DNA from: Azolla caroliniana
Lineage: Eukaryota > Plantae > Polypodiophyta
Assembly (NCBI GenBank): GCA_043228905.1
Contig: JBHGNT010000002.1
Span: 4,712,001 to 4,776,000, forward strand
Reading direction: 5' to 3'
DNA length: 64,000 nucleotides
In this document: positions 63,712 through 64,000 of the stretch, piece after piece
Layout of the letters: the number at the start of each line of letters is the position of its first letter
Position numbering within the stretch: position 1 is the stretch's first letter
The notes under the pieces: generated by a model
Told to the model about the DNA's origin: nothing
The model's database searches: none
Seen by the model: only the letters and a program-made list of their open reading frames with translations
Program-made: the position numbers and the translations under genes

Positions 63712-63875
63712 CTCCATCGTCCATATGGCCTTCTACACCCACTTCCAATTCCCATTTGACCTTGGGCATCTCTCTCCATGGACTTTATCACCGACCTTCC
63801 TCGGGTCGGTGACCATGACACGGCGCTAGTGGTCGTCGATCGGTTTTCGAAGATGGCTCACTTTGTCCCATGTTT
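63712..63875 (+). mobile_element. Chromovirus-type gypsy integrase fragment, followed by a probable LTR start at 63876
   Basis: [26 protein letters not shown]...[15 protein letters not shown], then TGTCACGG. Confidence 0.85.
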
Positions 63876-64000
63876 TGTCACGGATAGATCATAAGCTCAA
63901 GTGAAAAGAAAGAAGATAGACAAATGGATGAGTAGTATTAACAAAAAGACTCCATAACTGGTGTTGTTCACCTAGAAATTCCTTCAAGGTGAACTCCTCT

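Overview
Eukaryotic plant genomic DNA from a seed-free land plant. A fern is the best guess, based on a degenerate PPR fragment and the retroelement types; this is inference. There is one intact host gene, a 7-coding-exon Pti1-like receptor-like cytoplasmic kinase (11713-16718), beside a deeply nested transposon island. The island holds two full-length decayed Ty1/copia elements (1160-6844 +, 43301-48552 -) and a deleted copia whose 5' end is triplicated. It also holds several copies of a Ty3/gypsy family with a conserved -1 frameshift signal between protease and RT, a pol-less gag-only relative with a tRNA-Trp PBS and 4-bp TSD (37581-42057), and an Athila-like element with a long extra 3' ORF. 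The most unusual object is a 9.7-kb TIR DNA transposon (25479-35183) inserted in a copia LTR. It has a Sola2-like transposase whose catalytic core is deleted. It also carries a convergent multi-exon cargo gene encoding a PMD-like/coiled-coil N-terminus, a RING-H2 finger and an FCP1/SCP-type HAD phosphatase-like domain with a degenerate catalytic motif. Its non-coding parts are filled with the 14-bp palindrome TAGCTAATTAGCTA and a telobox array. All family and domain calls are by eye from motifs; no searches were run.
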